From: Candidatus Latescibacterota bacterium
Lineage (GTDB): Bacteria > Latescibacterota > UBA2968 > UBA8231
Assembly (NCBI GenBank): GCA_963422735.1
Contig: OY730476.1
Coordinates: forward strand, 1,184,001-1,248,000
Reading direction: 5' to 3'
Length of the DNA: 64,000 bases
Shown piece after piece: positions 50,589 through 61,339 of the stretch (positions are counted from its first letter, which is position 1; every line of letters starts with the position of its first letter). A program made the translations under genes and the position numbers. The notes under the pieces were generated by a model that was not told the origin of the DNA, searched no databases, and was given only the letters and a program-made list of their open reading frames with translations.

Positions 50589-51760
50589 TTGATATTCTTT
50601 GTCTTGCGAGCTTTGAATATTCTGTTGCTGGACAAGGCCGAGCCAAAGGAAATTGTGCTTTGCACCTTTACCGAGAAGGCCGCCTTCGAGATGCGCGACC
50701 GGCTGGCTACAGAGACCCGCAAAGTAGAATACACCGGCGATCTTTCCGAATTGACAGTCTCGACCATCCACGGCTTCTGCCACCGGGTGCTCACCCAACA
50801 TCGTCACCAGACAGATCTGGGGCACAACCTGCGAAACGCGGGACGAACTGACGCAGCTTCTCTTCATCCACGAACACTTCGCCGAGATCGTCCCGCCCGA
50901 CAACGACCTGTTTCTCACACGCTGGAAAACGCGCTAGACAGCCATTGAAGGAGTGCGCGGCTATTTTGACAAGATCGCGGAAGATCTGGTCAATTCTTGC
51001 CGACTGACGGCTTCCGACAACGCGTTCATTAAGGCTATCGGCACCGCCTAACGCTACGAGCAAGCTCTCTTACAAGCTTGATCGGGTGGATTTGGCCCAC
51101 CTACAGCGGCTCGTGTACGACCTGCTCGACAACCCTGCGAACGCAGACCTCGAATACGACTCCACGCCTTCCCGCTCGGCAGAGATGTTCTTCGGACTGC
51201 TCGTGCATCAGTCCATTGAGGATGTATCTCTCCGGCAGGCGCCCCATCGGCGATAAAGCAAAAGAGTTGGCTTTCACACAGGTAATCAGCTACTTCTGGC
51301 ATAACCAATCATCGAGACAGAGGTGGATGTGTCGCTGGAGAAGAACGGCTATATCCTCGCCGGGAAGGTGGACCTACTGCTTGGCGGCGAGGGCAAGCTG
51401 GAACTGCTGGACTTTAAGACCTCGCCGCGCCCGAAGAGCACCCCCGAGCTAATCGCCGCGTACGGACGACAACTTTGCACCTATGCACACATCCTAGAGC
51501 AGCGGCATGGTAAGCATGTGGACTGGCTACTTCTCTATTGAACCGCGGAGGAACACAGGGAAGATGCGCTCATGGTGCTGCCGTATCGTCCGGAATGGGT
51601 GAAAGAGGCGGGCCGGCACTTCGACGAGACAGTCAACCGAATTCAGACTGGGCAGTTTGCGGTTAAGACGCCGTCCGAAGCGAAAATTTACCAGGAGTGC
51701 GATCTGCGGATGCTATGCCATGCAGAAGGCGTTATCGGATGGGCGGAGGCAGTCTCATGA
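50589..51760 (+). pseudogene. UvrD/REP helicase-PD-(D/E)XK nuclease fusion, heavily deleted
   Basis: CTFTEKAAFEMRDRL, STIHGFC; GKVDLL..LLDFKT, QLCTYA; several stops and frameshifts. Confidence 0.8.
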
Positions 51761-51827
51761 CGCCCGCTGATTTCGATATTCTCATCTAAGAGAGTGAACT
51801 ATTTGAAGAAATCTAAGGAGAGGAATA

Positions 51828-53678
51828 ATGACGAAGATCGACATTACTAAGACGGAACTAGTATGGCCCGGCAAGTACAACGAGGACGGAACGCTCAAGG
51901 AAGTTCCACGAATCAATCTGCCGTTCCAAGTCATTGAGACCGTCAATGAGAGCCGCGCTACGCGAGAGGCGCAGAAGACGAAGGGGATGTTCCTGTTCGA
52001 CATTTATGAAGGCAAGGAAGGCGATACTTTCAAAGAGGGTTGGAAGAACAAGCTCGTCTGGGGTGACAACTTGCTGGTGATGAGTTCGTTACTGGAGAAG
52101 TTCGCAGGGAAGATTGATCTGATCTATATCGATCCCCCGTTCGCAACGGGAACGGATTTTTCATTTACAGCAGCGATCGGGGAATCGGATGAAAAAATTT
52201 CAAAAAAGCAATCCATAATTGAGGACAAGGCGTATAGGGATACGTGGGGAAAAGGTACCGATTCCTTCATTTCTATGCTCTATGAACGGTTAGTTTTGAT
52301 GCGGGATTTGCTATCTAAGAACGGAAGTATTTATGTGCATTGTGACTGGCATAAAAGCCATCATCTGCGTCTTATATTAGATGAGATTTTTGGAATGGAT
52401 AATTTTCTAAATGAAATAATATGGTACTACACAAATAAAATTCCTGACAAAAGAAAAAGGAAATTTACAAATTCTTCGGACACAATTTTTTCCTATAGAA
52501 AAACAGAAGAAAACATTTTTACCCATCAATATGAAAAAAGAGATAAACCTATCAAGGTCTCAAAAATGAAAAAGATTGATGGGAAAAAAGTTTACTTAAA
52601 AGACGAGAACGGCAAAGGATTATATGATGAACGCACAGAAAGAACCGTTGATAATGTGTGGAATATTCCACTATTACATGCTCAGCCTGAGATTTTGAAT
52701 TACCCCACCCAAAAACCCGAAAAACTACTCGAACGCATCATTAAAGCCTCCTCCAACGAAGGTGATCTCGTCACCGACTTCTTCTGCGGCTCCGGCACCA
52801 CCCTCGCCGTCGCCGAAAAGTTAGGTCGCCGCTGGATCGGCTGCGATCTTGGCCGCTGGGGCATCCACGCCACTCGCAAGCGCATGCTCGGTATTGAAAA
52901 CTGCAAACCATTCGAGATTCTCAACCTCGGCAAATACGAGCGCCAGTACTGGCAAGGGGTAACGTTTGGCGGAGCAAAAAAACAACCACCGAGCGAGCGA
53001 GCACTCTACCAATACCTCGCCTTCATTCTCAAGCTCTACGGCGCGCAGCCACTCTCGGGCCTAGCGCATCTGCACGGCAGAAAAGGCCGCACCATGATTC
53101 ACATCGGCGCGATAGATGCGCCCGTGACCTTCAACGAAATCGACAACTCCATAGAAGAATGCGCCAAGCTCAAGCAGAGTGAACTGCACATCCTCGGCTG
53201 GGAATGGGAAACGGGCCTTCAGAATCTCGTGGTTCCAGAAGCACAGAATAAGGGCGTCAAACTTTCGCTGTTGCAAATCCCCCGCGAAGTCATGGAAGAG
53301 CAGGCGACCGATAAAGGCGATGTCCGTTTCTTTGAGCTGGCCTATCTAAAGGCGATGGTCGAAAAACCGAAGAAACTCACCGCGCAAGTGAAGCTGCAAA
53401 ATTTCGTCATCCCCAACTCGGAACTCATTCCTGAAGAAGTGCGAGACAAAATTGCGAAGTGGTCGGACTACATCGACTATTGGGCGGTGGATTGGGACTT
53501 CCAAAACGACGCCTTCATGCAGGGATGGGTCGCCTACCGTACGCGCAAAGATCGAACGCTCCCATTCATTTCCAACTCCCACACCTATGAGAAGCCCGGC
53601 AAGTACCGGGTACTGGTCAAAGTAATCGACATCTTCGGCAACGAAACCTCCCAAGCTCTCGATGTTGAGGTGAAATAG
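51828..53678 (+). CDS. mod: Type III R-M-like DNA methyltransferase (Mod, beta class), intact
   Basis: GDNL, IYIDPPF, YPTQKPEKLL, DFFCGSGTT; followed by a res remnant. Confidence 0.9.
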   Translation: MTKIDITKTELVWPGKYNEDGTLKEVPRINLPFQVIETVNESRATREAQKTKGMFLFDIYEGKEGDTFKEGWKNKLVWGDNLLVMSSLLEKFAGKIDLIYIDPPFATGTDFSFTAAIGESDEKISKKQSIIEDKAYRDTWGKGTDSFISMLYERLVLMRDLLSKNGSIYVHCDWHKSHHLRLILDEIFGMDNFLNEIIWYYTNKIPDKRKRKFTNSSDTIFSYRKTEENIFTHQYEKRDKPIKVSKMKKIDGKKVYLKDENGKGLYDERTERTVDNVWNIPLLHAQPEILNYPTQKPEKLLERIIKASSNEGDLVTDFFCGSGTTLAVAEKLGRRWIGCDLGRWGIHATRKRMLGIENCKPFEILNLGKYERQYWQGVTFGGAKKQPPSERALYQYLAFILKLYGAQPLSGLAHLHGRKGRTMIHIGAIDAPVTFNEIDNSIEECAKLKQSELHILGWEWETGLQNLVVPEAQNKGVKLSLLQIPREVMEEQATDKGDVRFFELAYLKAMVEKPKKLTAQVKLQNFVIPNSELIPEEVRDKIAKWSDYIDYWAVDWDFQNDAFMQGWVAYRTRKDRTLPFISNSHTYEKPGKYRVLVKVIDIFGNETSQALDVEVK

Positions 53679-53680
53679 CC

Positions 53681-54060
53681 ATGGCAAACGCCGTCATCAA
53701 TTACGACAAGGATCTACCGGAGATTCGCGATCGCCGCCCGTGGGAAAAGTCCACTTCCTACTTGGTCAAGGACGACGACGCACCGACCGGCTGACGTGAG
53801 GCCGAGCGATCTCCTGCTGGTGCCAAAAATTCGCCAGGCCGTAGATGCTTGGCGAGACAGTGGCTACAAGGGCGCATCGGAAGTCCCTCAACGCTTGTTC
53901 GAGTATTGGTTCGAGGGGGATCATACGGTCAACGGATTTGATGCGCCGTTCCGATACAACTTCTGCCAACGCGAAGAGATCGACTAGTAGAGATGGCCAA
54001 GTAGCGAGATGCCAAGGCACTCATCGAGGCGTATGGAACAATCACTCAGAAAGACTTATT
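53681..54060 (+). pseudogene. Type III restriction subunit (Res) N-terminal remnant
   Basis: LLVPKIRQAVDAWRDSGYKGAS..LFEYWF..RYNFCQRE; stops, no helicase motifs. Confidence 0.75.
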
Positions 54061-54099
54061 TAGGGTTTCGAGGCTTGCCTGATCCAACTCACGAACCAG

Positions 54100-54205
54100 T
54101 TTTTAACCTGACCATATACGACGCTAGCTATCTAGAGACGGCCATCCGCCGCAAGGCCAAGCTGGCGACCTTCGATCAAAAACTCGCTATCGCCGCCTCC
54201 AAAGA
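54100..54205 (+). pseudogene. VapC/PIN toxin C-terminal remnant
   Basis: LTIYDASYLETAIRRKAKLATFDQKLAIAA. Confidence 0.7.
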
Positions 54206-54274
54206 AAAATCGAGAACCCGGCGGTGCAATTGGGTGCCGTAAAAGAGGAATGATAACGCACCAGTGCCGCTCGG

Positions 54275-57200
54275 TTAGCTACTATCTGGGCCTGCAGCTG
54301 CTACCCCCGTCCCCTGCGCCAGCTTGTCTCCTTCAATCGAGTACTCTTCCCGCACCTCGGGTGCAATCGTCCGCCAGACCAAGAAACGCTTGCGCAGCAC
54401 GTTGAGAAAGCTGGTGTTGAGCCGCTGCCAGCTCACCACATCGCCGCTTATGCGCTGCAAGTGCATCTCAATGCGGTAAATACCCGGAATGTCCTCGGTC
54501 GGCAAGGTGCGCAAAAATACCCGCTGGCTCACCCCCAAGTCGTAGGGCGCGAGCCACACCATCAGCTCCAGCAGATAGACTGGCTGCGCACCGCCCCGCT
54601 CCAAGTGGAAATCCACGCCCTCGGTCATAAAGTCGCCCACCGACCCCTCGCCATACGACGAGAAGACCCGGTGCAAATACGCGCACGAGCCCAAGGCATC
54701 GCCCTTACCCAGCGTAAAGGGGAAATCGAAGCGCCAGTCGTCGCCATCGGGCGGGGGAAACTCCCAGCGTCGCGTCACGTCGGGCACGGCCATGGCGGCG
54801 GCCTTGCGCGCTGGATACAGGGTCGAGAGCACCACCACCACCATCACGATCAAGGTCGAGAAAATCGCCGAGAGCGACGAGTAATTGAGAAACATCCCGC
54901 CCAAGAGCGCGTAGTGCGCCATCAGCAACGTCGTCGTCTGCCCTACCAAATAGCCCAGCACCGCGCCGACGATGGCAAACACGAGGGCCTCGGCGATGAA
55001 GAGCGCGGCAATGTGACTTGGTGCCAGCCCCACCGACGAGTACACCCCGATTTCGCCGGAGCGCTCGTACACAGCCCCGAGCATGGTGTTGAGCACGATT
55101 AGCGAGGCGATCAACAAGGGCACGAAGAGATTGCCAATCCCGGCCAAGGACGCCGATCCCATGGACGTGTACACTCGCACGCGCTCGTCAGCACCGACAA
55201 AAAGCGGCACCGCCACCCGCGACACGAATTCCTCAACCTCGGCGAGCAAAGTCTCCCGATCGGCAAAACCAGCGATGGCAACAGAGCGCAGCGTACCGCC
55301 CAAATCGACGACCTGCTGGTAGGGCAAGAACGCCACGTTGTTGGCCAGCAGGTGGGTAAAGGTCTCAATCGCAGCCGTGTCCATCAGGCGCGGATCCAAA
55401 CCGGTCATTTCCTCCATCTTCTTGGCCTCGGCCACCGTGTCCACCGGCATTAGGCTCTCGTTGTCTAAGTCGCGCAGCCGGTCGATGGCCTCGCCGTCGA
55501 TTAAGCCAATAACTCGATAGGACCGCCCCATCAGCCATATCTGGGCCGTGCCCACATCTTCCGGGCCAATACCCAAAATCTCTGCCATAGCCACCGGCAG
55601 GACGCACACATCGCGCTCGCCATCTGCAAACCAACGGCTCGCCGGCCCCACCAACAACTCTTCTAGCCCCATCAGCGCGCCCTCGCCCGGGGTCACTCCG
55701 AGGATGGCCGAGGCAAAGCTCTTTTTTTGCGCCAGCTTGTGTTCGACGTCAATATAGGCCCGCTCGCCAATGACCTTAGAGGTCACCCACGACCTGGGCA
55801 GCACCTGCGCTTGGTCGCCAAACGCGCTCTCCGCATAGTCGAGCACCGATAGCTGCAAGCCCTTCCAGCCGCGGTCGCGCAGCAGGGCCCCCTCGTAGCT
55901 AGGCGCATTCGGACGGGGGATCTGATAGAACTTGAGATAGCTCTGCACCGAGGTGAAGGCCTGGGCGGTAAAGGTCAAAAGCGTCAGGGTTATGACCGTC
56001 AGCGCGGTGCGCAACTTGCGCTTGCGGAGGTTGGAAATCCCCAGCGACGCAGCCGCGGCCGTGGCACTGAGGCGACCAATGTCCGCTTCGTGGACGCCGG
56101 CGGTGGCCCGCTTGCGTTGGCCTACGGCGCGGGTGAAGCGGCCTAGGATCATCAGCAGGGCCGTGCCGCCAATGGCGAAGATAACGAAAGCTAAAAAGAT
56201 GATGTACGGCGATGAACTCAGCTTGAAGGCCGGGTGGATAAAACGCATGATGAGGAAAATCGCCAAGAAGAAAAACGCCGCGCCCGCCACTTGGCGGCGG
56301 ATGTCGGCAAAGCCGAAGAACAGCCGCTCGCAGCAAAACGAAAACGGCAGTAGCAACGCGAAGTAGAAAATCACCCCATAGACCGTGTCGTCCGCGGTTG
56401 ATTTAATATCTGGGTAGCCCCGCCCTTCGAGGCCCCACGCCTTGCGCGTGGCCCGCTTGAACTCGCTGTACCGCCGCGCCTGTAAATGCTCTTCGGCCTC
56501 CAACAAAGCTAAGCGCGCCTCTTCGTGCAGGCGCATGAACTTGTCGTTGCGCACTCCGTAGCGCGCCAACTGCTTGATCCGCACGTCGTCGAGCACCCAC
56601 ATGTCGCGCGCGGCCGCGTACCCGGGGCGCAGCACCACACCTTGATCCACGAGATAGCCGCGCCCGAGCGCTTGCTCTATCGTCGGCTCATCCACATCGG
56701 CCGGGCGCACCGGCTCAGCCACCCATTCGGCGGGCGCACCGCTGAGCAGATAGCGCACGCCGAAGAGGCTAGTGCTCATCAGGGCTTTGACCCGGGTGCC
56801 GGGCTGGGCGTACACTACGGAAGCAAGCGTTACCTTGCCCTCCTCATTGCTCTGCTTTTCGACAAAATCGGCCCCCCACGACTGCGGCACGCCGTCGCGC
56901 TCGTCGAGGACGGTCACGCGGTCCAAGACCGACAGGTAGCGCGAGTCAACGGTCTCGAACAGACTCAGCGCCCGGCACTCGAAGAGCACTTGCAGCATCT
57001 CGTTTTCCCACCAGCCCCACGGATGTACGGTCGGGTATGTCTCGTCGCCTTCCTGACCCATGTCCGGTGCTGAGATAATCGCGCCATAGAGATCGAGCTG
57101 GTACGCGCGGATGGCGTTGTCCAGCCGGTTGCGCATGATGTCGAAGCGGAAGCGGCCCGCGTCGTCGGCCTCTTGCGCGATCAAGGTGCGGACCCCACCG

Positions 57201-58894
57201 ACCGAATTCGGTCCGAGCTGCTGATAGGTCACCAGCGCTTGCGGCACCGGCTTTTTGGGCACGGCAAAATTGACGTCGCGGTCGAACCAATAGATCGCGC
57301 CCGCCAAGCTGTGGCCGTAGTCTTCCAACTCTAACTTGGTCGGCTTGAGCAGGTCGGCGTCGCGGCCAGCCCACGCCAACATAGCCGCGAGCGTCTGGAT
57401 CTGCCGAGTGAGGTTTTGCGCGTCCACGGCCTCCGGCAGGTCGAGCGGCGTGTCGATCCGCTCGCGTGCATCGTTGGCCGTAGCGAGGGCAAGGGCCTTC
57501 TGACCGACAAAGGCCGCGGCCTCGCTGGCAAAGGCGAGCGGGGTGGACATGAAGTTTTTCCACGTGCGCTTAGGAGGGGCAATGCCCTCGTAGTGGCGCG
57601 TGGTGTCGCCAAAAGTTTCTTCGACTGCGAGGCTTAGCCGCTTGGAATAGGGCGTCAACATGTATTTGACGTAGTTGTCGGTGCGCCACTTGGGATTGTA
57701 GAAGGTGCCCATCCCAAAGCTGGCCGTGCGGTCGGCGTGGCTCGACAGATCCAACGACAGCATCAGGTCGAAGTCGATGCGCTCGGCCGCGTTCATGCGT
57801 TCGCGGAAATAGTCGCTGCGGCGGCTGTGCCGGTAGAGGAAATCGTTGATCCCAGATAAGCCCTCAAAGTGCCCAGAGGTCGCCAAAAAGAGCACCGAGT
57901 AGTGAGGGCGATATTCTTTGAGCAGTTCCACTAGCTGGAGCAGGGCGACGATCCCGGCCGCGTTTTCCGCTCCGGGGGCGAGCGCAGGCACGACCGAGAT
58001 GGCGTCGTAATAGGCTTGAACGACGATGGTTTGATCCTTCCACGCCTGCGGCTTTTCTCGGCTCTTGGCCGGTAGCATCTCTGGCGACCCAGGCAGGTAG
58101 CCATACACGTTATGCGCTTCCACGCCCTCCCAATCCATCCGCGCATCTAGGTGGACGGCGACCGGCCCGTCTTGCAGGCGCACCAACAGGTCGAGCGCGT
58201 CTTGTCGCTCGAGCCAAAATCGCGGGATGTCAACCGGCACCTTGAGGAACTTGTCGGCGGCCTGCTCGCGGTTGACGCGGCCGTTGTCGAAGAAGACAAT
58301 GGCCTTGGCCCCCAGCGATGCGGCGTGGAGGTAATTTTGGCCGCTGGCAAAGTCCAAGAGCACGACACTGCCCTGCACGGGCTGGCCATCCAATAATTCG
58401 AGTGCCCCATCCCCTCCATAGATCAGCGGGCCGCGCACACCGTCCGGCCCCAGCGAAGACGTGCGCACCCCATTGGGCCACAAGCTGTAAAGCCGCTTAC
58501 TATCGCCGCCTTGCACCACCAACTCGCCGCCGCGATCTATGGGCACGGCCACTTTAAATGCCTCGCTCTGTACGTCTTCCAGCCCCAACGCAGCAAATCG
58601 CTGGCGCACGTAATCGCGGGCCTGCCGCTCCCCCGCATAACCCGGCACTCGCGAGCCGAAGGCCGCAAAGCGCGCGATCTCAGCGGCAATGCCCGCCTCG
58701 TCAATGCCGGCGACTAGGGCGCGAAGCTGGGCGGCCTGTGCGGGATCGACCATGCGCGCCTCTACAGGCGGGTCGGGTGCCCAGCCGAAAAAATCGTTTA
58801 CCGCTCGATTGACCGCTCCCGGATCGCCGAAACCAACGATCACTATCAAGGCGGCGGCGAATAGCAACAAAAACGCATTGAGTACTTTGGCCAT
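54275..58894 (-). CDS. Large membrane protein: M28-peptidase-like domain + FtsX/MacB-type permease
   Basis: GSRVPGYAGE, AYYDA..APGA, SGHFEGL; VYERSGEIGVYSSVG FtsX motif; multiple TMs. Confidence 0.8.
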   Translation of the reverse strand: MAKVLNAFLLLFAAALIVIVGFGDPGAVNRAVNDFFGWAPDPPVEARMVDPAQAAQLRALVAGIDEAGIAAEIARFAAFGSRVPGYAGERQARDYVRQRFAALGLEDVQSEAFKVAVPIDRGGELVVQGGDSKRLYSLWPNGVRTSSLGPDGVRGPLIYGGDGALELLDGQPVQGSVVLLDFASGQNYLHAASLGAKAIVFFDNGRVNREQAADKFLKVPVDIPRFWLERQDALDLLVRLQDGPVAVHLDARMDWEGVEAHNVYGYLPGSPEMLPAKSREKPQAWKDQTIVVQAYYDAISVVPALAPGAENAAGIVALLQLVELLKEYRPHYSVLFLATSGHFEGLSGINDFLYRHSRRSDYFRERMNAAERIDFDLMLSLDLSSHADRTASFGMGTFYNPKWRTDNYVKYMLTPYSKRLSLAVEETFGDTTRHYEGIAPPKRTWKNFMSTPLAFASEAAAFVGQKALALATANDARERIDTPLDLPEAVDAQNLTRQIQTLAAMLAWAGRDADLLKPTKLELEDYGHSLAGAIYWFDRDVNFAVPKKPVPQALVTYQQLGPNSVGGVRTLIAQEADDAGRFRFDIMRNRLDNAIRAYQLDLYGAIISAPDMGQEGDETYPTVHPWGWWENEMLQVLFECRALSLFETVDSRYLSVLDRVTVLDERDGVPQSWGADFVEKQSNEEGKVTLASVVYAQPGTRVKALMSTSLFGVRYLLSGAPAEWVAEPVRPADVDEPTIEQALGRGYLVDQGVVLRPGYAAARDMWVLDDVRIKQLARYGVRNDKFMRLHEEARLALLEAEEHLQARRYSEFKRATRKAWGLEGRGYPDIKSTADDTVYGVIFYFALLLPFSFCCERLFFGFADIRRQVAGAAFFFLAIFLIMRFIHPAFKLSSSPYIIFLAFVIFAIGGTALLMILGRFTRAVGQRKRATAGVHEADIGRLSATAAAASLGISNLRKRKLRTALTVITLTLLTFTAQAFTSVQSYLKFYQIPRPNAPSYEGALLRDRGWKGLQLSVLDYAESAFGDQAQVLPRSWVTSKVIGERAYIDVEHKLAQKKSFASAILGVTPGEGALMGLEELLVGPASRWFADGERDVCVLPVAMAEILGIGPEDVGTAQIWLMGRSYRVIGLIDGEAIDRLRDLDNESLMPVDTVAEAKKMEEMTGLDPRLMDTAAIETFTHLLANNVAFLPYQQVVDLGGTLRSVAIAGFADRETLLAEVEEFVSRVAVPLFVGADERVRVYTSMGSASLAGIGNLFVPLLIASLIVLNTMLGAVYERSGEIGVYSSVGLAPSHIAALFIAEALVFAIVGAVLGYLVGQTTTLLMAHYALLGGMFLNYSSLSAIFSTLIVMVVVVLSTLYPARKAAAMAVPDVTRRWEFPPPDGDDWRFDFPFTLGKGDALGSCAYLHRVFSSYGEGSVGDFMTEGVDFHLERGGAQPVYLLELMVWLAPYDLGVSQRVFLRTLPTEDIPGIYRIEMHLQRISGDVVSWQRLNTSFLNVLRKRFLVWRTIAPEVREEYSIEGDKLAQGTGVAAAGPDSS

Positions 58895-58958
58895 GAAATT
58901 TGCTTTGTCTGTGGAATGGGACGAGCGGCTGTCAAGATATAGCATCGGCGGGGGGGGT

Positions 58959-60863
58959 TCAACCGTGAAAGTACGCATGCCCTCTGCCCATGAACCAGAA
59001 GATATCCACCAAATACGACAACCCAATTCCCAAGAAATATCCGGCGATCAACCCCATAAAAAACGGCCGCGCTCGGCGGTACGCCGCGATCCCACCATAG
59101 CGCATAATCGCGCTCTTGGCCACCCACGCCAGAAAGACCGAAAACGCAATGAGTCGGGTCATCCACAGCGGGGCTACCGCAATGCCCACCGGATGCAGGG
59201 GCCACCAGTGAAAGCGATACTGGAGGATGGCCAAAATTGAGTACACCACCATTCCGATCCCAAAGTAGGACAGCTTGTTCCAGTCGGTCGGCCAAGGATC
59301 GTTGAAGTGGCGGATCACCCCGTTGTACGCCATGCCGCCGGCACCACCGCCAGCGATAAAATACCAAGAGCCAAAATTGCCCGCGCCGTATTTGTAGCAC
59401 AGCGAGAGAATAAAATAAAGACAGGTAGTGAAGCCCACGACCGCGGCCATGCCCAGCGCCAAGGCCATGGGCCGGCGAATCCGGTACAGTTCGCCGAGTC
59501 GTGCGCCGTGCGCCGCCGCCGGCATAAAGAGCGATTGCACATCCCCAAACCAAGTGTAGGAAACCCCCAGCGCCACCAAATTGTGCCCCCCGATCCCCGT
59601 GCCGGTTATCGCCAGCGCAAAAGCCTGAGCACCTATCGGCGGCGTTAAAAAATAGACTCCGGCCTGTACCACCAAGCGCGTGATCCCGTAGTAGGCGACC
59701 AACACGCCAAAAACAAAAAGCGCGGCAATGTGAAGATCCATCCCAGACCGCCACAACCAGCCGAGGATATAGACTAACGCGGCAATGAATCCGCAAACTG
59801 CCGTGCGATAGGAAACCATTTCCTCGCGGTCGTCTATAGTCCGCCGTCCGCCCAAGGCTTGGCGCACGACCGCCACTAGATGGCCCCGCGCCATCCACAA
59901 GCTCAGCAGCACCATCGCCGTAAATCCGCCCCAAGCCTGCCAAGAAAGCGACTGCATCCCCCAAACAAAAGCATCGGGCCGCGTCACGTCGTAGCCGATG
60001 CGATTGGTAATCCCCTCTTGCACCACAGCCACCAAATAAAAGAACAGGATGCTGAACGAGACGCTGGTGTTGACTAGGTACATAAAGCCGATTACCGGGA
60101 AGTAGAGCATTAGGCTGATGGTGGGAAACTCCCGGCTCAGTTGCAGATTGATGGCGTGGTTGAAGTTGATTTTGGGAAAGCCGATGTAGAACGAACCAAT
60201 GATATTGAAGAGGATCATCCCCAGTGGGATCGCCGCGCCGATCCAAAACCCCTTAGAGCGCACGATCTCCCGCCCGTCGTCGTCGATCAGCAGCCGCGGC
60301 ATCTCCATCAGTGGAAAGACCAGCCGCTCGTGCTCGACCCACTGGCGGCGAAAGATCACCACCAAGCAGAAGCAGGCAAAGTACACGGTCAAGATCAGAC
60401 TCAATAGCCAAAACAGCGGCCCGATCCAGACCTCAAACGGCAGGGCTTGGCCCTTGGGCAGTCCCTCGTAGAACCAGCGCATGGCGTCGCCGTCGGCGCG
60501 GGGTACGACCCAATCGGGCAGGTAGGGGTGGATGTTGCCCGCCCAGTCGTTTTCCGGGGTGGCTCCATAGTACGGCGATGAAATGATCGCCAGCAAGGTT
60601 CCGACGATAAAAGTCGGAATCCCGGTCGCCGCCAAGCCCATAATCACAATGGTAGCCAACTCGGCGGGCCGCAACGCCGAGGTAGGCCGCATCCACCGCA
60701 CCAGCGCATTCGCCAGCAAAATCACCACAAAGCAAAAACCGGCGCTAGTCGGAAAATACGACCAAGTAATCTCCGAAGAGCGCACCATCCAAATCGAATA
60801 GGGTGCCCCCATGACAATGGCCATCACAACCACAATGCCCAACACAGCCGAACGAAAAGTCAA
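58959..60863 (-). CDS. DUF6785/DUF6784-type polytopic membrane protein (putative transporter)
   Basis: FRRQWVEHERLVFPL, WWPLHPVG, RYGG...YRRARPFFMGLIAG. Confidence 0.75.
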   Translation of the reverse strand: MTFRSAVLGIVVVMAIVMGAPYSIWMVRSSEITWSYFPTSAGFCFVVILLANALVRWMRPTSALRPAELATIVIMGLAATGIPTFIVGTLLAIISSPYYGATPENDWAGNIHPYLPDWVVPRADGDAMRWFYEGLPKGQALPFEVWIGPLFWLLSLILTVYFACFCLVVIFRRQWVEHERLVFPLMEMPRLLIDDDGREIVRSKGFWIGAAIPLGMILFNIIGSFYIGFPKINFNHAINLQLSREFPTISLMLYFPVIGFMYLVNTSVSFSILFFYLVAVVQEGITNRIGYDVTRPDAFVWGMQSLSWQAWGGFTAMVLLSLWMARGHLVAVVRQALGGRRTIDDREEMVSYRTAVCGFIAALVYILGWLWRSGMDLHIAALFVFGVLVAYYGITRLVVQAGVYFLTPPIGAQAFALAITGTGIGGHNLVALGVSYTWFGDVQSLFMPAAAHGARLGELYRIRRPMALALGMAAVVGFTTCLYFILSLCYKYGAGNFGSWYFIAGGGAGGMAYNGVIRHFNDPWPTDWNKLSYFGIGMVVYSILAILQYRFHWWPLHPVGIAVAPLWMTRLIAFSVFLAWVAKSAIMRYGGIAAYRRARPFFMGLIAGYFLGIGLSYLVDIFWFMGRGHAYFHG

Positions 60864-61033
60864 GTTATATCATCCCTGTGCAAGCGATAATTTACATCGC
60901 GCATTTTTTTTCGGAATTTCCTAGTGTACGGTTGGGCATTCAGGCTTCACTCGGTATGCCCGTAGCCCTCGTCCCGGCCAGCGCGGTCCCCCGCGTCAAT
61001 GTTCCGGGACCAGTCGCCAAGGGGGCGGATGGG

Positions 61034-61114
61034 ACTAACCACTAACCACTAACCACTAACCACTGACCACTAACCACTGACCACTAACCACTAACCACTA
61101 ACCACTGACCACTG
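61034..61114. repeat. Tandem heptamer repeat ACT(A/G)ACC x11
   Basis: Direct reading; same family as 46049-46115. Confidence 0.95.
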
Positions 61115-61339
61115 ATTAAACAGTCCTTATTCCAGGAAAGTCCATTTTTTATATATTTACTGCTTAGCATCAACGTACTGAGTGATATTACACACCGTTC
61201 AAGCGTTATCCGTGTACGACGTCCATTACTTGACTGACCTACGCAGTGCTTGGTCGCGGACGCTGCGGTATCGGCGGGCGAGAGGCCGAGTGAGACCACG
61301 CCATTTTGCGGCAAACTGCGTAACGTCCATTCTTTGACT

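Noticed and set aside
51828-53678. Phase-variable mod (phasevarion)
   Set aside because: No long simple-sequence repeat seen; only A6-type runs
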